A stretch of DNA of 64,000 bases, from NCBI GenBank assembly GCA_046563655.1, contig CM102289.1, forward strand, positions 4,030,001-4,094,000, written 5' to 3'. This document shows positions 48,401 through 58,287 of the stretch, one piece after another. How positions within the stretch are numbered: the stretch's first letter is position 1; each line of letters starts with the position of its first letter. The notes under the pieces are model-generated. The model was not told the origin of the DNA. It was given only the letters and a program-made list of their open reading frames with translations, and ran no database searches. The position numbers were made by a program, and so were the translations under genes. The stretch is from Yuukianura sp. NJ FZ-2021 (Eukaryota).

Positions 48401-50752
48401 TGGCTCTTCCGGAGTTGGCTCTTCTGGAGTTGGTTCTTGCGGAGTAGGCTCCTCTGGAGTAGGCTCCTCTGGAGTTGGTTCTTCCGGAGTTGGTTCTTCA
48501 GGCGTTGGTTCTTCCGGAGTTGGTTCTTCTGGAGTTGGCTCTATCGGAGTTGGCTCTTCTGGAGTTGGTTCTTCCGGAGTTGGTTCTTCTGGAATTGGCT
48601 CTTCCGGAGTTGGCTCTTCTGGAGTTGGCTCTTCCGGAGTTGGCTCTTCTGGAGTTGGTTCTTGCGGAGTAGGCTCCTCTGGAGTTGGCTCTTCTGGAGT
48701 TGGTTCTTCCGGAGTTGGTTCTTCAGGCGTTGGTTCTTCCGGAGTTGGCTCTTCTGGAGTTGGTTCTTCCGGAGTTGGCTCTTCCGGAGTTGGCTCTTCT
48801 GGAGTTGGTTCTTGCGGAGTAGGCTCCTCTGGAGTAGGCTCCTCTGGAGTTGGTTCTTCTGGAGTTGGTTCTTCAGGCGTTGGCTCTTCTGGAGTTGGCT
48901 CCTCCGGAGTTGGTTCTTCAGGCGTTGGCTCTTCTGGAGTTGGTTCTTCTGGAGTTGGCTCTTCCGGAGTTGGCTCTTCTGGAGTTGGTTCTTCAGGCGT
49001 TGGCTCTTCTGGTGTTGGTTCTTCCGGAGTTGGCTCTTCTGGAGTAGGCTCTTCAGGAGTGGGCTCTTCAGGAGTTGGCTCTTCTGGAGTTGGCTCTTCT
49101 GGTGTCGGCTCCTCTGGAGTTGGTTCTTCAGGCGATGGCTCTTCCGGAGTTGGCTCTTCTGGAGTTGGTTCTTCCGGAGTTGGTTCTTCCGGAGTTGGTT
49201 CTTCTGGTGTTGGCTCCTCTGGTGTTGGCTCCTCTGGAGTTGGCTCTTCCGGAGTTGGCTCTTCCGGAGCTGGCTCTTCCGGAGTAGGCTCCTCTGGAGT
49301 TGGCTCTTCTGGAGTTGGCTCTTCTGGAGTTGGCTCCTCTGGAGTTGGTTCTTCAGGAGTTGGCTCTTCCGGAGTTGGCTCTTCTGGAGTTGGTTCTTCT
49401 GGAGTAGGCTCCTCTGGAGTTGGCTCTTCTGGAGTTGGCTCCTCTGGAGTTGGCTCTTCTGGTGTTGGTTCTTCTGGAGTTGGCTCTTCTGGAGTTGGCT
49501 CTTCCGGAGTAGGTTCTTCCGGAGTAGGCTCTTCTGGTGTTGGCTCCTCTGGAGTAGGCTCTTCTGGTGTTGGTTCTTCTGGAGTTGGCTCTTCCGGAGT
49601 TGGCTCTTCTGGAGTTGGCTCTTCTGGAGTTGGCTCTTCCGGAGTTGGCTCTTCAGGTGTTGGCTCCTCTGGAGTTGGTTCTTCAGGAGTTGGCTCTTCC
49701 GGAGTTGGCTCTTCTGGAGTTGGTTCTTCTGGAGTAGGCTCCTCTGGAGTTGGCTCTTCTGGAGTTGGCTCCTCTGGAGTTGGTTCTTCAGGCGTTGGCT
49801 CTTCCGGAGTTGGCTCTTCTGGAGTTGGTTCTTCCGGAGTTGGTTCTTCTGGTGTAGGCTCCTCTGGTGTTGGCTCCTCTGGAGTTGGCTCTTCCGGTGT
49901 TGGCTCCTCTGGAGTTGGCTCTTCCGGAGTCGGCTCCTCTGGGGTTGGCTCCTCTGGAGTTGGCTCTTCCGGAGTCGGCTCCTCTGGGGTTGGCTCCTCT
50001 GGAGTTGGCTCCTCTGGAGTTGGCTCCTCTGGAGTAGGCTCTTCAGGAGTAGGCTCTTCAGGAGTTGGCTCCTCTGGAGTTGGCTCTTCTGGTGTCGGCT
50101 CCTCTGGTGTTGGCTCTTCTGGAATTGGCTCTTCCGGAGTTGGCTCTTCTGGAGTTGGTTCTTCCGGAGTAGGCTCTTCTGGTGTTGGCTCCTCTGGAGT
50201 TGGCTCTTCCGGAGTTGGCTCTTCCGGAGTTGGCTCTTCCGGAGTTGGCTCTTCAGGTGTTGGCTCCTCTGGTGTTGGCTCCTCTGGAGTAGGTTCTTCC
50301 GGAGTAGGTTCTTCTGGTGTTGGTTCTTCCGGAGTAGGCTCTTCTGGTGTTGGTTCTTCCGGAGTTGGCTCTTCTGGTGTTGGCTCTTCCGGAGTAGGCT
50401 CTACGGGTATTTCCGGCGTGGGCTCTTCGGGAGTAGGCTCAACTGGTAATTCCGGCGTAGGATCTTCCGGAGTAGGCTCAGATGGAACTTCTGGAGTTGG
50501 TTGTGTAGGTGTTTCTGGATTTGAAGGTGTCTCTGGTATAGGATCAGATGGTTTTTCCGAATTTTCGATGGGAGGCGTGTTATTATCCCCGCCGTTGCCA
50601 GTTCCTGTGGACGGATGGTCTTCGCAAGCAATGGTGCTTCCTACCATCAGCACTAGCAGCATCAATGGCAAGAATTTTGAACCCTACAAAATAAAGTTTG
50701 CAAGTGAAAGTTGTTACAAAATTATGTTCCAAGGAGTTACGAAACTTACCAT
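45435..50752 (-). CDS. Secreted (EEPTP)n repeat - coiled coil - SUEL/rhamnose-galactose-binding lectin protein (exons 50752-50750, 50683-45615, 45543-45435), about 1726 aa
   Basis: Signal peptide, long pentapeptide array, heptad region, then LCGEG...C....IEVIWANFGR...C...C|NCDGKTSC...DPCWGTSKYLEVFYRC (SUEL signature DPCxGTxKYL). Confidence 0.9.
46428..50400. repeat. Coding 15-bp tandem repeat (EEPTP), roughly 260-265 units
   Basis: ggagttggctcttct-type unit with mostly synonymous variation; the reading frame is preserved throughout. Confidence 0.97.
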
Positions 50753-51911
50753 TGTGTTTTTCGTAAGGGAAGCTCTTCTTCTCAATTTGGTTACTGGATA
50801 ACCCAGTTGAGGAATTTTGCAGAAATTTTTAACTTGACAGTTTTATAAGTTTTGAAAGCTTTTTAAAATTAAAATGAAAGCGCAGATGCGATGTGCTGTG
50901 ATGCTTTCTTGTATTTGCCTCATGCCGGTGATTGACGTTGCCGTTTGCAAATTTTTTGAGGAAAAACATATTTCCGAATTTACTTTAAGTTTAGTTGCGC
51001 AGATCTTGATTTAATGAAAAATAAAATACGTAAAACCTTTAGTTTGAATAATTATGCCAACATTTTCAATGTTATAATTTATCACTTGCGTCAGATATCA
51101 GGTTGTGCAAAATACTTGTCAAACCTAACCTTCACCTTTGGCACGGAAAACGAGAAGATGATACAGAATTCTCAAATTTAAAGAAAACCACTAACTTAAA
51201 CAGGAAAAACGATACTTATTACTCTCAAATATTAACAATTTGCAAATTTTAACAATTTTGTTAACCCGACTTATCAGCGAAATTCGTCACTTTTCTATGT
51301 CAAATTTAAATTCAAATGTAAAGTCCTTCCCAACTTTCCAAAATGTTTTAAGCATTACAAAAGGTTTTGATGTAGCATGTAGCTCCTAATTGCTATAATT
51401 TTTAAGATTTTGTGCAGGAGTAACGCCTTTTCAGAATTACAGAACTAATACAATATTTTTTAACTCTCAATTCCACTTTAATGATGAGTTCTAGTCATTC
51501 CAAATGCTAAATATTTGTATTCATGCAATCTAATTTTGACATCAATCTTGCTTCCACCGCGTTCGTTCATCATAACGTATCACACATAAAAATCTAAAAT
51601 TCTTAAAATCAGTCGTCATAATCTAAAAACCCGGAGTCAGTAGAATATAGGAGTTAGGGGTCAAAATAATCAGAGTCAGGAGTGACATGGTTGTTTTACA
51701 ACACAACGTTTCATCACCACGACAACTCTGCCACATACGACTCTCATGACATTACCGTGTCTATTTTGTCGTTCAGTGCCCTGACCACTCTCATTCATGA
51801 TGTCCATGTAGGGCCATATAATCGTCACTGTGCAGTAGTGGGCTACTCTCTCGAATTCATCTCTCCGGTGAACCATTCTTGGGCAATGGATAATGTTTGC
51901 TTGTTTGACTT

Positions 51912-51970
51912 TTGCAAATTTCAAGCGAATTCGTTGTACGAAGGTGCTCTGTGTTTTTTAAATGGTTGCT
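51912..51970 (+). pseudogene. Remnant of an ionotropic receptor 3' end
   Basis: ttgcaaatttcaagcgaattcg...aaggtgctctgtgttttttaa matches the 3' end of the 52165-54312 gene. Confidence 0.55.
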
Positions 51971-52164
51971 AGAATATACGCTACTTTTTCATGGACAAAA
52001 CATACCCTTCGAAGAGTTAGAAAGCTAGAAACGGTCGTCCGAAATTTCTAGACGGTAGTATTCATTGTTTAAAATTTACTCTCGGTTTCTATTGTAGTAA
52101 AAATTATAAGTAGTTTCAAAATCCTAAAAGTGCAACTTATTAAAACGTTAGCGTAACCTTTACC

Positions 52165-54312
52165 ATGTGTACTATACTAAATTGTGGCTTAGTTTTGTAC
52201 ATCGCTATTGTTAAGTTACTTACCACTGAAGCTTCACATATAGACTTAAATCCTTGGTTCCGTTCATTTTCTACGGAGTGCAACATTTACGTAATAAACT
52301 TCAACGCAACAAATTTCGAACCATTTGAATTTCCTATCATTACGCAAGATTTGGTGTATAAAGTAGGAGTGTATTTTCTAGACAATTCAAAAAGAGGCGG
52401 TTTCTACAATACGCTACTTCCTCATGAAAAAATAATTGAACCAGATATATATTCTAAACTTAAATGTTTCAACTACATTTTCCTATTTACATCTTTTGGA
52501 AGCAAGAAACTAATAGGCGAAATGGATTTTCCTGTACCGGCTAACCTACCATTATGGTCCAGACTTTGGCGTAAAGAACTTATTGGCATAGGAATTGACT
52601 TTGCATTTAAAGAATTTATACGGGACAGATCCTCAGTTTTGTCTTTAGTTGCTCCCTACAATCCAGAAATGATAGAGAGTTGGTACAGTCGGCTCATGAG
52701 GATGTCTATCGACTACGACTTCACTGGAATAGAGCAATTCGTAGTCTACGATATAATAAAGGTTATTGGGTCACACACCTACACAATCAAAGGTACTTGG
52801 ATTATTTTCATCGACAGTGCTAAATGTGCACACCCTCTGATACCATTACGATATTACCGGAATCTATCAAAAATTAAGTCGCAGTGGATACATGTAGATT
52901 CAAAACTCAAATGGCACGTCAATCCCGAAATGGCACAGAATTTGAACGTTGCGCCTTATAAGTACAAACCTGGCGCTTGGGAACACATTGTGCTCATGAC
53001 GATTGCTAACAACAGCGTTGAGTGGACTACAGAACCACGTTGTCCTGGCTATGAGCGACGACCGTCCGTTGTGTTTGGTTCTGAATACTACTCTGTCTTG
53101 GTAACTCATCGCCTCAAATTTCAATTTTTAACTTGTGATGGACTTTTGGGTGAAATTTCGGATTGGAACAGTTTGATCTCCCCGTTCGACTTTAAAACTT
53201 GGTCCATTTTGGTTGTGGCGCTTTTTGCTTTGGGCATAGTAGCTAATATTGTGTCAAAAGTAAAGGGTACAAAATGTGATGGATTCCTAGCAGTGTATTG
53301 TGCATTGCTAGAAAACAGTCGACGTAGTGTAACTAATCCGCATGGGTTAAGTGCCATGTACTGGGTAACTAGCAGTATGCTGCTAACTTTAATTGTGCTT
53401 ACCAATGGTTACAAAAGTTTCTTTACCGCTGACATAACTTCACCAAGAAATCCGGAACTTATAACTCACTTTGGTCAAGTGATGGACAAAAACTTGACAA
53501 TTTATGTACGACCAGAGCATGGTGCATTTATATTCAGTTCAGACGTTTGGAAAGCAAATGTAAAAAGCAGGGACGAAATACATAAAGCACTAGACGAACA
53601 AAGAGAAAAGCAAGGATTGAAGAAAATAGACCGGAAAACAATTGATGAAAGGAGCTGCAACTACCCGTCCATCCGTCCTGAATATGTCCACACATTTTTA
53701 CAACCTTCACTTAGAGTTTCTCGAGTTGTGCTTGTTTCTAAATGGCGAGAATTTGTAAGAAATTCCAACAGCACTTTAATTCCAGCCACACTAAAACTAG
53801 TTCTAGACAAGCTGTTTGTTCCATGGGAGGAATTTTATTCTAAAAACACTAATGAGAGAGATCCATTGACGCCATTGGTCAAAGACTGTAAAACGGCGTA
53901 CGCTGATTGGTCAGATATAATCGACCACCAGTATCGACTTTGGAAGGTCTCAGGAGATGCAGGTAGCAAAAGCCTTGCAAAAGGAACAGATAGTTTAGGT
54001 AACATAACTTATGGATGGAAGTTTACTCATGTGACAGATCCAAATATTCGGGCAAGGTTGAAGTACATGGAGCAGGCGGGAATAACTGAATTTTGGAAAA
54101 ATTTGGATGCAAATTTGAGATTTGAGAAAGAGCTACGACAAATTCAAGTTGTTAAATCTACGGTAAAAGTTCTTGATCTGAATGACAAAATCAAAGTACC
54201 TTTTCTCGTGTTTTTGAGTTTATTGCCACTACCATTATTACTTTTTGTTGCTGAGTACATTGTTGCAAATTTTAAGCGAATTCGGGTTACTAAGGTGCTC
54301 TGTATTTTTTAA
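52165..54312 (+). CDS. Divergent ionotropic receptor (IR/iGluR-like), intronless, paralog 1
   Basis: Signal peptide, pre-M1 SPFD..TW, pore-lining LTNGYKSFFTADITSP, MEQAGI..FW and a final TM helix. Confidence 0.8.
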   Translation: MCTILNCGLVLYIAIVKLLTTEASHIDLNPWFRSFSTECNIYVINFNATNFEPFEFPIITQDLVYKVGVYFLDNSKRGGFYNTLLPHEKIIEPDIYSKLKCFNYIFLFTSFGSKKLIGEMDFPVPANLPLWSRLWRKELIGIGIDFAFKEFIRDRSSVLSLVAPYNPEMIESWYSRLMRMSIDYDFTGIEQFVVYDIIKVIGSHTYTIKGTWIIFIDSAKCAHPLIPLRYYRNLSKIKSQWIHVDSKLKWHVNPEMAQNLNVAPYKYKPGAWEHIVLMTIANNSVEWTTEPRCPGYERRPSVVFGSEYYSVLVTHRLKFQFLTCDGLLGEISDWNSLISPFDFKTWSILVVALFALGIVANIVSKVKGTKCDGFLAVYCALLENSRRSVTNPHGLSAMYWVTSSMLLTLIVLTNGYKSFFTADITSPRNPELITHFGQVMDKNLTIYVRPEHGAFIFSSDVWKANVKSRDEIHKALDEQREKQGLKKIDRKTIDERSCNYPSIRPEYVHTFLQPSLRVSRVVLVSKWREFVRNSNSTLIPATLKLVLDKLFVPWEEFYSKNTNERDPLTPLVKDCKTAYADWSDIIDHQYRLWKVSGDAGSKSLAKGTDSLGNITYGWKFTHVTDPNIRARLKYMEQAGITEFWKNLDANLRFEKELRQIQVVKSTVKVLDLNDKIKVPFLVFLSLLPLPLLLFVAEYIVANFKRIRVTKVLCIF

Positions 54313-55054
54313 TTAGTTGCTCTAAGTTACGTTGCTTTTTTTTCAGTATAAACATAGTTGCTTTCGGACTAGATGTCTTTACAAAAATAAAGTTTATCAA
54401 AAGCGAATAGGGCGTTACTTTAGTGTTAAAAAAACAAACTTTGTTTAAAAGTTAAATTCAAACCATATGCTATTTGAGTGGAATATGACATGGCCCGCTG
54501 GCTTGGATATCAGATATATAAACTCCTAGTTAAACTTTAATGTATAGTTTTTAAAAAACTGAAAATTTGGAACGAAATTGTAGGTATAGGAAAACTTAGT
54601 ACGTCATGCTACTACTTTTCAGGTAATGTCGATCATAAAGTAATCTTTTGTTAGTCATTTTCATCTTATTAATTGCTCAGATTAAAAATTAACTTAATTG
54701 TCTAAACAAAATTTTTTAAATTACGTCGAATGATTATTCTTCTTTATATAATAAATGGCAGAGCTTAAGCTCCTTTTTTTACCATTTTTAATTGTATAAA
54801 ATATATATTTGTTTGGGCAAAAATTTAATTATTTTCAAGTGCTCTTAGACACGCCCAACATCACTTTAAGGAAAATTAGATCCGTCAAATCACGCAACAC
54901 AGCCACAAAATTACGGTGGATCGAAATCTCCAGAAGGTCGTGTTCATGGTTTAAAATTTACTGTGGAGTTCTATTGTGGTAAACTTTGAAAAATATTTTC
55001 AAAATACAAAAAGTACAACGTACTAAAAATCATCCTAAACTTTAATCAGTTACC

Positions 55055-57214
55055 ATGTATATCATACTAGTATATTTTTGCTTAGTATTATACACCACTC
55101 TTAAGTTATCTACCACAGAAGCGTCAAATATAGATTTAAATCCATGGTTCAGTCCATTTGCTTCAGAGTGCAACATTTACGTAATCAACCTCAACGCAAC
55201 AAATTTCGACCCACTTGCATTTCCCATAATTACGCAAGATTTGGTGTACAAAGAAGGATTATATTTTCCAGACATAACAATTGGAAATAGCTACCACACA
55301 AATAAAACCGGTTTTTACAGCACGCTACTCCCACATGAAAAAATGATAGAACCAGAAATATATTCTAAACTTAAATGTTTCAATTACATTTTCCTATTTA
55401 CATCTTTTGGCACAACGAACCTACCAGACGAAAGACTCTTTCCGTTCCCAGAAAACCTACCTTTCTGGTCCAGACTTTGGCGAAATAAAGCAGTAATGCG
55501 CAGAAGAGGTCATGACTTTGCATTTAAAGAATTTGTACTGGACAGATCTGCAATCCTGTCTTTAGTTGCTCCCTACAATCCGAATATGGTAGCACATTGG
55601 AGTACACGCACCGGGTATGCTCCAGGCTATGACTATGTTGGAATAGCCCAATTGGTAGTCTACCACATACAAAAGGTGACGAGGTCAAATACCTACATAA
55701 TCACCAGAAGTTGGATAATTTGCCCCCACTGTACTGAGCGCAAACTCATTTTGACACCATTTCATTATTCCCGAAACATATCAAAAATTAAGGCACAGTG
55801 GAAAACGGTAAATACTAAAGTCAAGTGGCACGTTGACCCCTACATGCCGCAAAATTTGAACTTTGCGCCTTACAAGTACCAACTTGGCACTTGGCAGCAC
55901 ATTGTGCTCAAAGCAGTTACTAACAACAGCGTTGATTGGACTGAAAAACGACTGTGTAATAATCTACAAGGGCAACGTCCATCCATTTCGTTTGGCTCAA
56001 AAGACTACTCTCTCTTGCAAAGTCATCACCTCAAATTTCAATTTTTAACTTGTGATGGACTTTTGGATGAAGTTTCGGATTTGAACAGTATGGTTTCTGC
56101 CTTTGACTTTAAAGGTTGGGTCATTTTGGTTGTGGCGCTTTTTGCTTTGGGCGTAACGGCTAATGTTGTGTTAAAAGTAAAAGGTAAAAGATGTGATGGA
56201 TTTGTAACAGTGTACTCTGCACTACTAGAACACAGTTGGGATTCTGCAACTAATCCTCATGGGTTAAGTGCCATGTACTGGGTAACTAGCAGTATGTTGC
56301 TAACTTTAATTGTAGTTACCAATGGTTACAAAAGTTTCTTTACCGCCGACATAACTTCACCAAGAAATCCGGAACTTATAACTCACTTTAGTCAAGTGAT
56401 GGACAAAAATTTGACTATTTATGCCCGACCCGGTAGTGGTATATCTGATTTCAGGAAAGCAGAAGCAAAAAGGAAGGAAAAAATGAATAGAATGCAAGAC
56501 CAACAAAACGGACTGAAGAAATTGGATCGATGGAAAACAATGGATGAACGGAGCAGCCAATACCCTTTGGATGGCCGTCCTGAATTTTTCTTCACATTTG
56601 TATACCCTCTACTACAAGGTTTTGGGATTTCTGCACTATTCTGGAGAACCTTTGTAAGAAATAGCAACACAACTGTAATTCCAGCAATGCTAAAACTAGT
56701 CACAGAAAAGTTGTTTGTTCCATGGGATGAATTTGAATCTAAAAACATAAGTGATTATGATCCCTTGACGCCTTTGGTCAAAGACTGTAAAACGGCGTAC
56801 GCTGATTGGTCAGATATAATTGACCACCAGTATAGACTGTGGAAGATCTCAGGAGATACGGGTAGCAACAGTCTTGCAAAAGGAACGGATAGTTTGGGTA
56901 ACAGAACTTATGGATGGAGGTTTACTTACGTGACGGATCAAAATATACGGCCAAGATTGAAGTATATGGAACAGGCAGGAATAGTTGAATTTTGGAAAAA
57001 TTTAGACGCAAATTTAAAATTTGAGAAAGAGCTACGACAAATTCAAGTTGTTAAATCTACTGTAAAAGTTCTTGATCTGTATGACAAAATCAGGGTAGCT
57101 TTTTTCATGTTTTTGAGTTTATTGCCACTACCGTTGTTAATTTTTGTTGTTGAGTTCATTGTTGAAAATTTTAAGCGAATTCGCGCCACCAAGGTTCCCT
57201 TTGTTTTTAAATAG
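55055..57214 (+). CDS. Divergent ionotropic receptor, paralog 2
   Basis: Same motifs as paralog 1 and colinear with it. Confidence 0.8.
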   Translation: MYIILVYFCLVLYTTLKLSTTEASNIDLNPWFSPFASECNIYVINLNATNFDPLAFPIITQDLVYKEGLYFPDITIGNSYHTNKTGFYSTLLPHEKMIEPEIYSKLKCFNYIFLFTSFGTTNLPDERLFPFPENLPFWSRLWRNKAVMRRRGHDFAFKEFVLDRSAILSLVAPYNPNMVAHWSTRTGYAPGYDYVGIAQLVVYHIQKVTRSNTYIITRSWIICPHCTERKLILTPFHYSRNISKIKAQWKTVNTKVKWHVDPYMPQNLNFAPYKYQLGTWQHIVLKAVTNNSVDWTEKRLCNNLQGQRPSISFGSKDYSLLQSHHLKFQFLTCDGLLDEVSDLNSMVSAFDFKGWVILVVALFALGVTANVVLKVKGKRCDGFVTVYSALLEHSWDSATNPHGLSAMYWVTSSMLLTLIVVTNGYKSFFTADITSPRNPELITHFSQVMDKNLTIYARPGSGISDFRKAEAKRKEKMNRMQDQQNGLKKLDRWKTMDERSSQYPLDGRPEFFFTFVYPLLQGFGISALFWRTFVRNSNTTVIPAMLKLVTEKLFVPWDEFESKNISDYDPLTPLVKDCKTAYADWSDIIDHQYRLWKISGDTGSNSLAKGTDSLGNRTYGWRFTYVTDQNIRPRLKYMEQAGIVEFWKNLDANLKFEKELRQIQVVKSTVKVLDLYDKIRVAFFMFLSLLPLPLLIFVVEFIVENFKRIRATKVPFVFK

Positions 57215-57802
57215 TTGCTCGGAATAAGTTTTTTTTTTGTAAAGAATAAGTTTCTTTTTCTCTAGTACATATTTTTATTTACATATTATCCTTGAAATTT
57301 TCGAAAAAAGCTTACAAACGAAAAGGTCGTGTTTAAACAAATCACTTTCTTGAAAAATTGAATTCACAGCACACGCTATTCGAGTGGGACCAAATTCATC
57401 ATTTTTTGACTTATGCACGTCAAACACATTAATGTTGGTTTACTCTTATGAAAATTAAATATTTGGCGTGACCAGCTTTTAGCTGGTGTTGCTCCTAAAA
57501 TTTTTTGGCAGCCATTTTGTTCTTTTTATTTTATCATTAAAAATTTTTAGTTGTAAGAATTTCGTAAATTATGTTTTAAATAGATTAAATTTTTTAAGTG
57601 CTTATTACACAAAGAAAATTTTACTTTAAACAAAATTCAATTTGTCAAGGCACCAAATTTTGGATCACGAAAACTCCGCAGTTTGCCGTTGCTTATTCTG
57701 ATTCGCTTTTGTCTAGCTGATGTAATTTTGATTTTTTTTTGTTCAAATTTTCACTGGTTTATAAAAATTCTAATCCATGGACTGTCACATCCTCCGTTTG
57801 TC

Positions 57803-58130
57803 ATGTCCACGTTTCTGTTTTGCCTAGTGTTGTGCATACATTTTCAACAATTTGAAACTACAGCATTTGAATTTGACTTGAATCCATATGGTTTGCGCCT
57901 TTTACCTCAGAGTGTAACATTTACGTGATAAGCTCCAATGCAACAGATTTCGAACCACCAAAATTTCCCATAATTACGCATAATTTGGCATGCAAAGTGG
58001 CATTCTCATAGGAAGCAAGAATCCTGTTGTGAAAGTCCTTAATCTGCAGGACAAAATTAGTATAGAATTTGTGTTCCTGCGGGCTCATTTTTGATGGAAT
58101 TTGAAAACGATTCAATTTTGTAAGTGTGTA
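57803..58130 (+). pseudogene. Internally deleted ionotropic receptor pseudogene
   Basis: The 5' part matches paralog 3's N-terminus (EFDLNP, with a 2-nt frameshift). It joins almost directly to gttgtgaaagt.ctta.tctgcaggacaaaattagt, which matches the paralog 3 C-terminal region (about 60343-60400). Confidence 0.8.
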
Positions 58131-58287
58131 TTAAACAAGGATGAAGTTTTACTTTCAGGAAAATTAAATTTGTCAAGTCACGAAATTTTGACTCATGAAA
58201 GTTCGCAGTTAGCAGCTGCTTATTCTTATTAGGTTTTGGGTTTTGGGTGGATGATGGAATTTGGAGGTTCTATTTTTCAAATTTTCG

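Noticed and set aside
46428..50400. CRISPR-like or satellite interpretation of the array
   Set aside because: No spacers; it is a 15-bp coding unit with synonymous variation in a eukaryotic gene.
46302..50801. 1499-aa (GVGSS)n and 1365-aa (SWLFW)n plus-strand ORFs
   Set aside because: Antisense shadows of the stop-free EEPTP repeat; only the minus frame has a signal peptide, splice sites and a lectin domain.
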